Shown here: positions 1-13,883 of the stretch, piece by piece
How positions within the stretch are numbered: the first letter of the stretch is position 1
How the letters are laid out: each line of letters begins with the position of its first letter
DNA from: Podarcis vaucheri
Taxonomy: Eukaryota
Strand: one strand, 5' to 3'
Length of the DNA: 64,000 bases
NCBI GenBank assembly: GCA_965113315.1
Contig: OZ220377.1
Translations under genes and position numbers: made by a program
The notes under the pieces: generated by a model
What the model was told of the DNA's origin: nothing
The model's database searches: none
The model's input: the letters and a program-made list of their open reading frames with translations, nothing else

Positions 1-108
1 AGATTTGTGGGAATTGGTGTTATCACTTGAGATCTGTGTTCTCAGGTATAAACCATTCCCTTTAAATCACTTAATATTAAACCTGCACCTAAAGGTGTTT
101 TAAAAACC

Positions 109-790
109 TGGTTTAAGAAGGATGTTAACAAGCTGGAAGGTGTGCAGAGGAGGGCAACCAAGATGACCAGGGGTCTGGAAACTAAGAAGAAGAAGAGTTT
201 GAACTTGATATCCCACGTTTCACTCCCCTCCAGGAGTCTCCAAGCGGCTCACGTTCTCCTTTCCCTTCCTCCCCCACAACAAACACTCTGTGGGGTGAGT
301 GGGGCTGAAAGACTTCACAGAAGTGTGACTGGCCCAAGGTCACCCAGCAGCTGCATGTGGAGGAGCGGAGACGCGAACCTGGTTCACCAGATTAGGAGAC
401 TACCGCTCTTAACCACTACACCACACTGGCCGAAACTAAGCCTTATGAGGAGCGCTTGAAGGAGCTGCGTATGTTTAGCCTGGAAAAGAGACTGAGAGGA
501 AATAGGATATCTTAAGGACGCTCACATGGAAGAGGGAACAAGCTTGTTTTCCCCAACTCTGGAGGGTAGGACTCGAACCAATGGCTTCAAGTTGTAAGAA
601 AGGAGATTCTGACTAAACATTTGGAAAAACTTTCTGACAGTAAGACCTGTTTGGCAGTGGAACAGACTCCCACAAGCGGTGGTGGACTCTTGGAGGTTTT
701 TAAACAGATGTTGGAAGGCCATCTGTCATGGATGCTTTAGCTGAGATTCCTTCATTGCAGAGGGTTGGACTAGATGACCCTTGGGACCTT
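109..790 (+). mobile_element. Older CR1 LINE 3' fragment, interrupted by a SINE at 187-431
   Basis: Reads [35 protein letters not shown] and ends in a CR1-type ccaactctgattctatgatt tail. Confidence 0.85.
187..431 (-). mobile_element. tRNA-derived SINE (Squam2-like, (CTT)n tail)
   Basis: Minus-strand head gccagtgtggtgtagtggttaagagc. 9-bp TSD gaaactaag at 178-186 and 432-440. Near-identical copy at 44240. Confidence 0.85.
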
Positions 791-1709
791 CCAACTCTGA
801 TTCTATGATTTTAAGTAGAAGCCATTACCTTATTTTTGGGTAGACCTATGTATTTTGCTTTCAGGCTGAAAGGAACTCAACACCCAAGTTCACTGTTAGG
901 AGGAATGATGTCTGTTCAATCCTACATCTTCAGAACACTCATTTAAGATGTTCTTTTTGTGCGCTGTTTACAGATATTTTACTGAAAGATGTAAAGTGGC
1001 TTTCATGTGCTGCAGCTGCAGCTTCTTTGGATTATTTAGTACACACTTAGGATGGCATAGTGCCCCTAGACTGTAAAACGTGATGAACAGCCAGTTGAGA
1101 ATTAATTTAGGCTTCTTTGATTTAGTAAATGACCTACAGTATGTCCATCTATGAGGCTGGGCAACAAGGGGCATCAGAAAAAGTGTAGCTTGCAATATTT
1201 ATTTTTCAATATATTTTTATGGTGTTTTCCTCTATTTAAGACAATCTAGAGGAAAATGGGGGTCTGAAGCAAGGAGGTGCAGTTACTATAAGTGCAAAAG
1301 CAATCAAGGCAATTCCAGGCTGACCCTGAAAAGACAAAGGAGAAGCTATCAAAGCTCTGGCTATTTGGATGTCCAGTAGCCCATCAGTGCAGCTATGAGA
1401 CCCGGCACTAAGAAAGCTGAACAATGTGCCTAAAGAGACAATTGCTGTTTTCTGGAAAACAAATTGATGGCAAACTGATTTTGGAAACAGATTTAGGGAC
1501 AATTTACACAACCTTTTTTAATGGAGCAATGTCAACATTTCCAGTCTTTAGTAGATTTTAGCATACTGAGCAATTTTTTAATGCCTCAACACTTAGCTGC
1601 AACAGTATGAAAAATCTTTTAAAATTAAGTTTTAAAATGAATCATAAACATCGCAAAACAAGGTATGACTGGGGAATAAGGTAGGATAAAATGGCAGCAT
1701 TAAACCTTA

Positions 1710-2067
1710 AAAGGTAAAGGACCCCTGACAGTTAAGTCCAGTCACAAACAACTCTGGCGTTGCGGCGCTCATCTCACTTTACTGGCCGAGGGAGCCAATG
1801 TTTGTCCACAGACAGTTTTTCCGGGTCATGTGGCCAGCATGACTGAGCCGCTTCTGGCGAAACCAGAGCGGCACACTCTGCCGTTTACCTTCCTGCTGGA
1901 GCGGTATTTATCTACTTGCAGATTGACGTGCTTTTGAACTGCTAGGTTGGCAGGAGCAGGGACTGAGCAATGGGAGCTCACCCTATCACAGGGATTCAAA
2001 CCACCGACCTTCCAATCAGCAGGCCCTAGGCTCAGTGGTTTAGACCACAGTGCCACCCGCATCCCCT
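1710..2067 (-). mobile_element. Sauria SINE
   Basis: aaggtaaagggacccctgacagttaagtccagtc tail and tRNA-like head. 12-bp TSD cattaaacctta at 1698-1709 and 2068-2079. Confidence 0.9.
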
Positions 2068-3088
2068 CATTAAACCTTACTAAACACTTATAAGGGTTGG
2101 GCAAATGAAACAAGTTTTCCCTTCACACCAAAAAGAATTAAAGAAAAATACTACAAGATGGGATGCCACAGCACAAAAGCCGCATCTGCTGCCATCACCC
2201 ATGTAATCTCTGAAGGTGGCGGGATCCAGATCAGCACCTCAGAGGCTTCTCTTAATTCCCCAGCATGTTTATGTTGGCTTTGCTGCACAAAAAATGGCCC
2301 TGTGAATTCACCATTGACTTTCCATATAGCTTCTCATGCAAGGCTGAGGGACACATTGCAACACAGTCATAACATCATCTACCACACATGCACAGAACAA
2401 AGATGCTGCACTCCTTATTATCAAACCCCTCAGCAATTGCTGTGGGTGCTAATTAGCTGCCCTATTCCACTGAAGAGGCGGCTGTATTTGCAAGATCCCT
2501 AATGAATGTTATTTATCCCTTAACATTCTTTAAGCACTGTTTTATCAACATGATTCAAGCGATTAAAGAATGAAAGAAGAGTGCCTTTCTTATATTCTTT
2601 CACCCTCCTCCTTTTATATGTATGCAGTCATGATTTTAATTCATGGTTAATTTTGCGGATACGTGATAATTTATTGTGGATTGGAATAGTGAGGTCTTGT
2701 GAATTAATCTAGAATGGAATAGTGTAGTTTTGTGTTTGCCCTTACACAGCAATCCTCATTGGTCAGGGGAAGCCACAGGGAATGATTGATTGATATTTAC
2801 ACAAAACTCAACAAATCAAGTATTCTAGCAATACTAATTAGCTTTATTGTTGTGATATGCCTGGGTGATATAAATCACCTTGGTATCTTGCAGGATGAAA
2901 GGTGCTATAGAAATGCAGGTTATGATTATTAGTTTTGCTGTGCTATAAATGCTATTAAACAGAAAGCAGTGATTAGTGGACACAGCAGAATTTGCTGATT
3001 ACATGGCATGCAAAACGGAGATTTTAAAATATCCAATACATGCTCTGGGAGTAGGGATGGATCTGTATCTAGTACATTCCAGTTTCAT

Positions 3089-3478
3089 GGCTAAGGGAGC
3101 TGGGCATGTTTAGTCTGGAAAAGAGGAGGTTAAGGGGTGATATGATAGCCATGTTCAAAAATATAAAATTATGTCACATAGAGGAGGGAGAAAGGTTGTT
3201 TTCTGCTGCTCCAGAGAAGCGGACACGGAGCAATGGATCCAAACTACAAGAAAGAAGATTCCACCTAAACATTAGGAAGAACTTCCTGACAGTAAGAGCT
3301 GTTCGACAGTGGAATTTGCTGCCAAGGAGTGTGGTGGAGTCTCCTGCTTTGGAGGTCTTTAAGCAGAGGCTTGACAACCATATGTCAGGAGTGCTCTGAA
3401 GGTGTTTCCTGCTTGGCAGGGGGTTGGACTCGATGGCCCTTGTGGTCTCTTCCAACTCTATGATTCTATGATTCTATG
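3089..3478 (+). mobile_element. Young CR1 LINE, 5'-truncated 3' end
   Basis: ORF 3106..3399 is the CR1 ORF2 C-terminus; (ATTCTATG)n tail; near-identical to the other young copies. Confidence 0.95.
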
Positions 3479-4326
3479 TATGTCTGTTCCTAAGTCTGTT
3501 CCATCCCATTTACTAATTAATCAACCATTTAAAACAACTAATGTGAAAATAACACATATTAAATTATAAAATATTGTTTAAGTAACTAGGGTTGTATTCT
3601 GATAAGTCAGTTTTATAAGATTTTTTTATGAAGATTTCCCCATAATATAGTAAAATTGCAGCTACAAAAATACAACTTCTTGCAGTGAGGGAAGGCTGTC
3701 AGAACTGGACCTCAGTGTCAAGGCTGAATGATGAAGGCAGAGACTCTCCTTCAAGTATACAGGGCTGAAGCCATTAAGGGCTTAGTTTGGTCACATAAGT
3801 AGCACTTGCCTTCATGCATGTATGAATGTATGCAGACTATAATTTGTGAAGGGGAGAGACTAGTGAGAGCCTAATAATTTCTGTTGGATGAGCTGCAAGC
3901 AGGTATGGGTAGATGATAGGCATATCCTGAGTGCCTTAGCCTGATGCTCACCCTTACAGCCTTCCTCCATAGCAAATGAAGATTTGCTATTATTGCGCTT
4001 ACAAATCCAAACACTTAATGCCAATAAGGAGAGAAAAAGCTCAGTGCAGAACAGGCTGGGTTAGACTGTGCTTCCAGACATTCACTGGACTGCTGCTATT
4101 GTGCAGGAGGGATTCAATTGCATACTGGCAAAGTCACACATCTTCATCACTAGATGAAGAACTCAAACTTGGGGTCAGTTTCTGCCAAAATATGTAATGC
4201 TCAAATCAGTGCAGTACTGAAGACAAGGGTTAAGAGACACAACAGGTGGATTGCATGGTGAGGGTTACGAAGAGGTTGATCCAACGTGCCCCCCCCCCCG
4301 CTCCTTGCTTTTAAAGAGTGGGGCAG

Positions 4327-5430
4327 TAGGGCGTGTCATTTTAGGAGATAGAACTTAATTTTTGCAAATTTCTTTGGTGAGGGGTCTTAAGATACGTTTT
4401 TAGGTATGAGGAATTCAAATCTGTTATTATTTTTGTGATTGGACAACATTTAACTAGTTAAATCTACATTTGATTAAAAAGCACATTAACTGTCCTCGCA
4501 AAACCAAATTATTTTAATTTTACATTCCGAAAATGTCAGCTAATGCTAACAAAATTGTTAGTTTCCCTGCATAAAACACGTCCCACTAAGCATACAACGT
4601 TACCTTGTAATCATAAAACAACATCAGAAAGTAAGACATCAATTAATAAGAAATTTAAACAATAAGTTTCATCAAGTGTGGCTTTGATTCATTCTTGGAC
4701 CTCAGCTGATGACTTGCTTCTTGGCCTCTGTAGCCCTCGCATTTCTCATGGGTATAAACCCTGCCTGCTGCCTCTGTGACATGTTTCACACAACATTCTA
4801 TAGACTGAACATGTTGACTATGGAATTTGCAAAGGCTTGGGAATGAACTTCTTCATCTTTACTTCTGCTGTATTAAGTTTACATGTCAAAGGAGGTTCAT
4901 ATACCCCATCAGACCAGTCCATCAGCTCCAACAGGGATGAAGCCTTGGGGCTGATGGAAGGTATGTCTTCCTCAGACATACAGAAAGATCTCCCAGGGTG
5001 TAATCTCTGCCCCTCAAGTCAATGATCTTTTCAATGTTATCTGAGCACAAGAGTGTCTGGATCAGGGGTCAGCAACCCGCGGCTCCGGAGCCGCATGTGG
5101 CTCTTTTACATCTTTGCCGTGGCTCCAGGGTGGATACTAGCGAGGGGAGGAGGCGCATTGTGCGCCCCGACACTCCCCACTGTGGCAGGCGCTGTACTGG
5201 CTGTAACGTCGCATGGGGGCGGTGTGTGCGTTAGTCACGCACCGCCCCGACATCACCTTCCCGCCCGCTGTCAGATCGCGGCTCCGGAGATATATTTGTT
5301 TTAAATGTCACAATGGTTTTGCGGCTCTCAGTGTTTTTTTTCTTCGGAAACAGGTCCAAGTGGCTCTTTTTGTCTTAAAGGTTGCAGACCCCTGGTCTGG
5401 ATGATCATTTCATGGAATGCTGAGTGCTGC
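4327..5430 (-). mobile_element. Degenerate hAT-superfamily (hATm-like) transposase 3' portion with terminal sequence
   Basis: After removing the MITE at 5063-5394, the minus strand reads HEMIIQTLLCSD..IEKIIDLRG...GDLSV..RK.P.I..KASSLLELMDW.DGVYEPPLTCKL...HVQSIECCVKHVTEAAGRVY, with frameshifts and a stop. Putative terminus tagggcgtgtcatttt at 4327. Confidence 0.65.
5063..5394. mobile_element. Non-autonomous hAT MITE
   Basis: TIRs caggggtcagcaacc / ggttgcagacccctg; perfect 8-bp TSD gtctggat (5055-62, 5395-5402); CpG-rich, so young. Confidence 0.92.
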
Positions 5431-5469
5431 ATTCATCACTGCAGCCTTCTTTTGCAGCCTAACTCACCA

Positions 5470-5741
5470 CAGCTGAAACAAGATGGGCTGGCATGGGACT
5501 GGCCTGACTGGGGTCTTCTGAAAGCACAGAACACAGACTTTTCCCTGACATTCTTCTTGATCGCTCCCCAGGATCCGCTCCTGCACCCTTGGGACCCACA
5601 GCCTCCTCTGCCAGCTCTGAGACTTCTTGGGGGCCCAATGGACCCTGTCCCAGCCCACTAGGATCCCCTCTGGTATTATCAGAAGCAAGCTTTTGTGCTC
5701 CTCCTGTTCCTCCTCTTCATCCAACCACCCCTTCCAGGACA
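5470..5741 (-). mobile_element. Possible LTR remnant
   Basis: Minus strand starts TGTCCTGGAAGGGG..gaagaggaggaacaggagg, similar in style to the TGTCAGGG-initiated remnant at 27990. Ends not defined. Confidence 0.3.
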
Positions 5742-8499
5742 CTTCCAGGGGACTCTTGATAATATTGCACCATTAAAGAGGATTTGGTGCTGTTGCACAA
5801 GCCCATTTAAAATAAAAAATAAAAGAGGACTGTATGTGTTAAGGAAATTATGCCTCTTTCCTGTAGCTGGGAAAGTGTTTCACAGGCTCCTTCTCTGCTC
5901 AGCACCCAGTATGGAAGAACTGGGTGTGTTGTCCTAAAGAAACAAGCATTGCCTGAGTTTACAATGCAATATAGTAACAAGACTAAAATAATTAAAAACT
6001 GGAGGAACAAAAGAAGAATGCCAAAATTAAAACCATAGCAACTTGGTCATAGGCTAGTTTAAACAGATGATTCTTGGTCCTTTTTTAAAACCAGGAAATA
6101 GAATCAATTAGCTGAATTCCCACAAGAAATGAATTCCATTAATAAGAAGCAACAAAGGGGCTGCAAAGATGAAAAACGGGTGGGAAAAATACGTTTAATT
6201 AGCAATTGACAACCAAGGAACTCACAGATCAAGAATGAGAATATACAGAAATTAAAAAAAAGAAAGATAAGCAACAGCAAAAGAACTGATACATTTTAAA
6301 AGTAAGTAGCATAAACACTTCCAAAATAAAGAGGGAAGCAATAGCAGGAAGCAGTAGAGAAACATGGAACTTAGAATTGCAGAGATGGGAAGGACCCCAA
6401 GAATCATCTGATCCCACCCACTCCAACAACAGCTAAAAAGGGATGTTTCAGATGAGAACAGGGGCTGAAAATAGCTGCATTTTGTGCCTAAAGATTCTCC
6501 ATTTGCGAGCACCTCAAAAAGCCTGGGTGCCATTTTTTGCACCCGGTTGACCCTCAAGGATTACTGAAATGTGTGTGCTTTGAAGCCTTGAAGTATATGT
6601 TAAGGATGGACAATATGTTAAGGAGTTTAGTAATAAAGAGCAGTTTTGAAAACCAAAGTATGGCATCAATATTTTCATTGTAAACACCCAATTAAACACG
6701 CATTAACAATTTCTATTAAAAATGTGATATTAACAGTGTCACATATGAATTGCGTATGAGTTCATGCTTATCAAAATAATAAATAAAAAGTGTTGCCCCT
6801 CCCCCAAATGGCAGCTAGACGTTTGGCTCCTGGTTCTTCTATTCTAGTTTCTATCACTTGATACAGAAGACGGATTAGCGCCTCATGCTCCACCAGCTGA
6901 GCTTGTGTAAACCTTCTCAGTTTCAGCAGGAGCCATTATACACATTATGCACAACCCTTTTGAAATGCAATTGTTATAAGTTGAGACCTCTACAATATTT
7001 TAATTTTATAACATTTGAAAATTGATAGTTTTATTCGTCTGGTGATATTGGTAGACCTGGTTTCTGTTTGTTGGCAACAAAATTAAGAGACCTTGTAGAG
7101 TTCCAAGCCAACTGATTCCATGAAACTGAGCAAAATCCTTTGAACCAACAAGGACAAGGAATACAAAATCAGATCCCATGGCAGCAGAAATTCCACCCCT
7201 GTCTGCCCTTTTACATCCCAGCGTCAAGCCACTGCACTGTGGTATTAATAGGTTAACAGTCTGACCATAGTGGAATATGATTTGAATGAAGTGTGGCGAT
7301 ACCCAGCAGAGAGGAGCAACAGCTCTCAAGTGACTGATTGATCTCTTGTCATTTACATTCATTAAAGCCAATTCACTTTAGATGGATCAAAGTGTCTGGG
7401 CAATTAGCTGCAGGCATAAAGTTAATCTCAAATTTCCAAACATCTCAGAGACAAAACTAGTTGCAGTTGTCCTATCACCCACAACAACCCACTCTAAGAT
7501 AGCTATACATTTCCTATTTTCCAATCTGCTGAGAAACATTTAAAATGTAAGTTACATTAGTTTTATAAGTAGCTTTCCCCAATCTAAGGCAAATGTGTTG
7601 ACAACTAGAACTGTCAACTTCCTTTTTCTCCTCCAAACTGTATTTCCACCCTCAGACTGTCCTCTTGGGACACCATTTTGTGACTTGGTCCTTGTCAGTG
7701 AATGAAAGAAACCCGCTGAGCTAGATTTCCCCCAGGTATTTCCCTCATGGAAAGCCAGAACATTTGTTTCATTAGTTTGGATGTTTAGGGTGCAAGTAGC
7801 CCATGGGGGCTGGCACTCAGTGGGACTGCTGGGCCAGAGCCCATGACAGGCAGAGTCACCTAGTTCTAGTTTTGTTCCATATCCTTGTCCCTGATGAGAC
7901 TTCAGAGAATGTTGCCACCAACAGGATTGGCAGGCGTGTGGATGCTGATTTGGGACAGAATGGGGTTGGTGAGCAGGACCCCATTCTCCCCAATGGACCA
8001 GCCTCCACTGCAAATACTTTGCAGTGTGAAAAATATTTCTGCTTTTCAGGTCTCTGTTTCTTCCTTCCCCTTGACAGTACATTGAGGACACTCTTGCCTT
8101 TCTAGTAGCTCAGTCAACTGCACAGGAGTTTTTTCTAATAAAAAACCAGCCAAAAGTCAACACAATCCTATCATTCCCAACTAGTGTTGCCAATATTAGA
8201 CAAACAAAAAAAGAACCACAACGTGGTGAAGGTTGTCCCTGAGCCAAGCTGAAATCAGCTATTCTTTGATACCCAGATACTTGGGGACATGCTCACTGAT
8301 TTCAATCACCACACTTTGCATTGCATCCTTTTAAGGGTGAGAAGAGTGCTGCTGCATGCTAAAGATAAGAATCGCCTGCTGTTCATTGAATGATGCATCA
8401 ACATATATGTTTTCCACAAAGAAAAATATCCTGGATGAGAAAATATATTGGGGGGGGGAGCTAATCTTATATAATTTTCTTGCAGATTAGTCTGTAATA

Positions 8500-8734
8500 C
8501 AGGGGTCAGCAAGCTTTTTCACCCGTGGGCCGGTCCACTCTCCCTCAGACCTTGTGGGGGGGCCAGACTATATGGGGGGGTGACGAATTCCTATGCCCCA
8601 CAAATAACCCATTTTAAATAAAAGGACACATTCTACTCATGTAAAAACATGCTGATTCCCGGACCATCCACAGGCCAGATTGAGAAGGCGATTGGGCCGC
8701 ATCTGGCCCACGGGCCTTAGGTTGCCGACCCCTG
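8500..8734. mobile_element. Non-autonomous hAT MITE
   Basis: TIRs caggggtcagcaa / ttgccgacccctg; imperfect 8-bp TSD ctgtaata / ctgagata. Confidence 0.85.
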
Positions 8735-8904
8735 CTGAGATATGAGAGCCTAAGCATTTTGGAAGGAATGTATTTGCTGCAGTATTTGCTATCAGTTTCC
8801 GGGGCCTTAAGGATAGCTTTGAAAAGAGAATGGAGGAAAGAATAAAATACCTGGAATATTTTGTAATCCTTTCATAATCTTGTTTTGCAAATTATTCAGC
8901 ATTA

Positions 8905-9900
8905 TTTTCCCCCAACAGATTTTATTAAAGTTTGAAGGAAAATATGCAAAAGTTAATATTAAATATCCAGTATCTTTTTATCAAAGATAAAATAAACTAA
9001 TCTCAATAAAAACACAAACCCAAAGAAGGGAAAAGGGAAAAGGAAGAAGACTTTCTAGAACAATATTATTTTTTCTTTTTTTAGTTTACAGTATTTCCCC
9101 AAAAAACTTCACAAAAAGAAAACACACACACACAAATAAGTTAAACACTTTTTTAAAAAGCGTTTATACTTACTCCTTGTCCCCCATTGACAAAGAGAGG
9201 TCTACAAATTATCTACTCAGGGATAGTGCCCTCATCTTTCCAGGCACAGGTTCGAACTTTAAAGTTCCACCTTTTTGTTGCCCTGGAGTTTTCTCTGCAA
9301 AAATCTGCTCTTTAAAGCTTAATGAGAGCAAACAGCTATTTGGGTTTCCCGTGGATTGACATTTGCTCCGAATGAGCTTTATAGAGTGGTTGTTCACAGA
9401 GAAAGCAAAAGGGGGGGGGTGTACACCATGGAGCTTTAAGGTGCACACAGTGCCTGGAAAGCATAAAGAAAAGGTAAATGTGGATAATAAGCCCTTGTGA
9501 TAGATATGTTACCATTAACTTTATCATTCTAGTAAACAATGCCCATCTTTCTATCAATTTGTCATGTTGAATATTGATTAGAGCTCTCTCCCCCCCCCAT
9601 CATTTTTCATCCATGGAATTTCCAATTTTTTCCAGCCAGTTTCTTGTAGTAGGAGGGGACTTTGTCCATTTCTTGAGAATGCCTAACCTTGTGCTTAGTA
9701 AGCTGGAAACCAGTTGGATATCTGTGGTTTTTATTTCTGTTTATAATGTATATAGAAGGGTACATATAGCATCTCTTGGTATATTATGCCCCACAATAAT
9801 TTTCAATATAATATTCAACTGTACATTTTCTTTTCAGTGTTTATAATATCCGTATTTTCATTCTCCATGGTTATTTACTTTTCTATATATATGTAATAAT
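8905..9900 (-). mobile_element. Old L1/Tx1-clade LINE 3' fragment (boundaries approximate)
   Basis: Minus strand near 9600-9700 reads ARLGILKKWTKSPPTTRNWLEKI, typical of the L1 ORF2 C-terminus. Confidence 0.55.
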
Positions 9901-12900
9901 TATTGAACTTTCAAAAACGTTACATGGGAATAAGATATTATAGCTGCAATCCTTTATATATGAATTCAGTTGGATGTATTTACCTAAGAACATAAGAGTT
10001 TTCTGGATCAGATTAAGACCCTGTCTAACCCAGCATCCTGTTTGCAAAGCCAACCAGATGCCTATGGGAAACTAGCAAGTCGGACTTGAGGAGATATGCA
10101 TACAATTGTTCTGTAAGTGCCCATTTTCACTTCTCACTGCTAATCAGGTTTCCAGAAGAGCAGAGGAAACTGCCTTACATTGATTCAGATCATTGAGCCC
10201 AGTATTTTGTAGTCTGACTGGTTATAGCTATCCAACCAGTCCTGCCACCCAGGAGTCTTTTAACTGGAGATGCTGGGGACTAACTAGACCATCTTCATGA
10301 AAAGTATGGGGTCTACATCTGAACTCTGGTCCTTCCCAGATTTGAGGCAAGAGCAGAAGAATGTCCACAGAAAGACATCTGTATTATCATTAATCCAAAC
10401 AGTGTGACACTAATACCCCCTTAGTTTGATGGGGCAATGTCTTGCCATGCTGAAATTTAGGAGTGGTTCCTATCTCCCTTTGCCCAGTGCAAAGAGAAAG
10501 GTGTGGTGGATTTCAGCTAAGCCTGATACAGTTTCCTGTTTGCTTGTGGCAGTTGCCAAACTATGGATTTCTTCTTTTTACTCACAGTTCCTGGATTTTC
10601 TTCCTAGTGGATCACATCACCACCTCCTTCCAGAACTACCCATGGGATTTGCAGGACAGCATTCCTGCAGTACATGATAGTCCAGAACATACTGATGATA
10701 CTGTTGGCAAGGCTAAAACATAACTCAAAAAGTGGTGAAAGTATCAAGTCAAGACTAAAGATCAAAGTTATTTGGGGCACACCCAAGGGCATGTCCACGC
10801 CTAGTAAATTTACATTTTGCTTTGAAAAGAAGGCCCACATTAAAATTCCCCATCATTTCAAAATGTGCTGCATGAGAAACCACAGTTAGATCAACTTATC
10901 AAAGTGACACACCATTGGGTGCATGAAACTAATTATATAGCTCTTTGGATCCTAACCCAAAGAAAAGTTAATTTATTATTATTTTATCAAACTATGACGT
11001 ATGTCATTGAATATAATTAAGCATTTTATAATGATTGGAATCAGTGTTTTCATAAATTATTGTACATTCTTTTGTATGCTAGAATGTATTAGGAATGAAA
11101 TTTGTCAGACTATAGTTCCTACTACCAGTCTTGCTATTTCTTGTTCTTCAGAGCAAAAAGCAGCATTTTCTTCTGCTTCTTATTTCAGAAGCAGTTGCAT
11201 TAAATTCTAAGGGTTTTAAAAAATTCTCTTCTTCTGCAAAGGGGCCCTCTTAGAATTTGGGGTCCTGTTTGTTATGACCCGTACTATAACAGACCTGTGG
11301 AGTAGAGTCTTTACTGGGTAAAGAGTAAAGTAGAGAAAATATGGTGTCTTTCTCCCATGCTGGGCTTTATCTGTTGCATGCAGAAAGGAAATTCCATATA
11401 GATCACAGTTGTCCCATAATGTAGTCTGTGGCTGTGCAACACACTTCACAATAATCTGAATTGTGGCAGGGCAGCAAAGGAAACAGTAAAATAAGGCATA
11501 TTGGGTGAACTCTTAAGTTTGAAGGATGCAGAGAAGTGGAGAAATGTGAATTTCTGTTCAATTACTTTATTATGTGTCAACATAACCGCCCTGAGACCTC
11601 TGGGTATAGGGCGGTATATAAATTCAATAAATAAATAAATACATATGAAAACCTCTGCTTATATACTGTCACGAGACTATCAGTTTAATTTCACTTTTAA
11701 AAGCAAGCATCTGAGGTATTATTAGTTTGGCAGTGAGTAAGGTCTGATAAAACTTCAGCAAGCATGTTCCCAGTGGGGGGAAGCATCAGAGAGCAGAGAT
11801 TGTAAGCACCAGGAAACCATAACTGTGTGACCTGCCTTTGAATTGGGGCAGATGATCAGTTTTGCTAGATTAACTCAACCATTGAAGGAGGTCTCTAGGG
11901 GAACCTCAGCCTCCGCAGGCTTCTCCTTCCTCTCCCCCTCCCTTCCGTGTGAGTCCCCTGTCCTATTTCAGAGCCCAGCTAGAGATGAGTCATCCAGAGG
12001 ACGGAACCATCTGCGTGGGATTCCACGACTTGATGTTTTCCAGACAGGGTCATTTAACTGCATACTCAAATCGGGAGGGTGTGTAATCCTAGAAATCATC
12101 AGTCAGGGATGGAAGAATGAGCAATTCACAGCATGCGGGTGGGTGTTGCATGTGCACATCAGCAAAATGTTAAGAGTACAGGCTTATGTCATTACTGATC
12201 CCTTCTATTTGATATGAAAAAGGTAAGGGTACCTTACAAGGTGTTGTGGTAGCAGGTCACAATATGCTATCAGGAACTCACTTAAGTTCACCAGTTTTTG
12301 ATCAGGCATGTATCAGTATAGCTACACAGTAAGCACTCTAAGTTTAGCTGTATAGCTTAGAGATCTATCAGTGGTCATTACTGGCTGCTGATATTCAGAA
12401 CTATCATATTCTAGGATAACAGTTTTCAAATTTTCTGTCCTTTCCTTATACACTGAGGAACAACCTTCAGACAACAGGTGAAACCTGATCAGCTGAGGCT
12501 TTTATTTTGCTTTTGTGCTGTTGGGTACTGCCTTTTTCTTTTGCTTGTTTCCATTCAGTCTTTTGTGTTCTGTTGATTTTATAATTATTGGTTTGTTGAA
12601 TTTGTTGTAAGCCACCTTGCACCTTTCTTTATTAATATTTTTTCTTAAATAAAAGAAATACATTACTGATCTGCTTATTGAGAAACTCCAGTAAGCTTCT
12701 GAAGAACCTCAGGGCTGCCCAGAAGACAGTTAAAAATATCTAAAAGAAGCAGAAAGTTCAATAGGAAGCCGGGTGAGAATCAATAATCAATAGATCAGGT
12801 TTGTGGTTGCCAACACTCAGTCAACAAAAGGGTTTTTATGATTTTGTAGCCCCAGTGCAGGAAGAAACTTGTGCAGTTTTTACAGGCCTAGTATTGTATG

Positions 12901-13883
12901 GCAGGCCACTTCTCTCACCTTCTGCTTGGAGTTGTCTTCCTTAGCTGGATCTGGTGTGGCAGAGACTGGGCAAGAACAAAGCAATAGTTCAGGAGGAGAG
13001 CTGGGGAAGGAAAAGGTGGGAGGCAAGCTACAAAGATAATAAAAGTCCTCTATCTATCACCATTCCAAAACATCTGCATGGAAGTCGTTATATTGCTTGA
13101 GTACCTCATAGATTTTCACATGCCTGCATATTCCATAGAGATGTACAAGGAGTTTGTAGAACTCTCACCAGGCCGCTCCAATCAGCCTCAGCCACCATGG
13201 CCACTGGCCACAGGTGGTGGCAGTTGTCATTCCAAGCATATGGAGGGCACTAGGCTGGTGAAGGCTAAGGCAGAGCATTCCTAGACATTCCAAGAGTGTT
13301 GAAGGGACCACCTGCTTTTCAGTGAAAGGGCTGGCCGGGGCCTGAGAAGGCTGGCAGGCCGTCCTGTCAGCTGTACTTTAAACATTTGCAAAGCCGCTGC
13401 ATCAGCTACGCCTTCAGGCTGCCTATGAAATAAAGCCACAGGGAGGAGATTTGGGAAGTTTTACTTCTGTTTGCACAGCTCTTTGTAATTTCCTTTGAGT
13501 AGTTAGAGCTCCTACAAGAGAGAAATCTCACTGGCCCTTCGGAGTTTTGCTTCTTGGACAGATCTTAAATATTTGGGAGGTCTGAACTTATCAAGGAACT
13601 CCTCTACAGGTGCTGTTTGTGTTTCCAATTTGCACAGGGTTTAAAAGGGGATGACGAGAAATTCATAGGGGTAGGTCAATAAGCAGTTATTGGCCAGGAT
13701 AGCTAAGCAAAACTTCCAGGTTTAAAAGCAATACACCTCTGAACACCAAAGAACATTGTTGTTGTTGTTGTCCCCTGCCTTTTTATTGATGGAACTCAAG
13801 GTGGCTTAAAACTAAAATAGAAACATCTAAAATTATATTTTAAAAGCAGTAATTAAAAGCAATTAAACAGTAATTAAAAGCAA

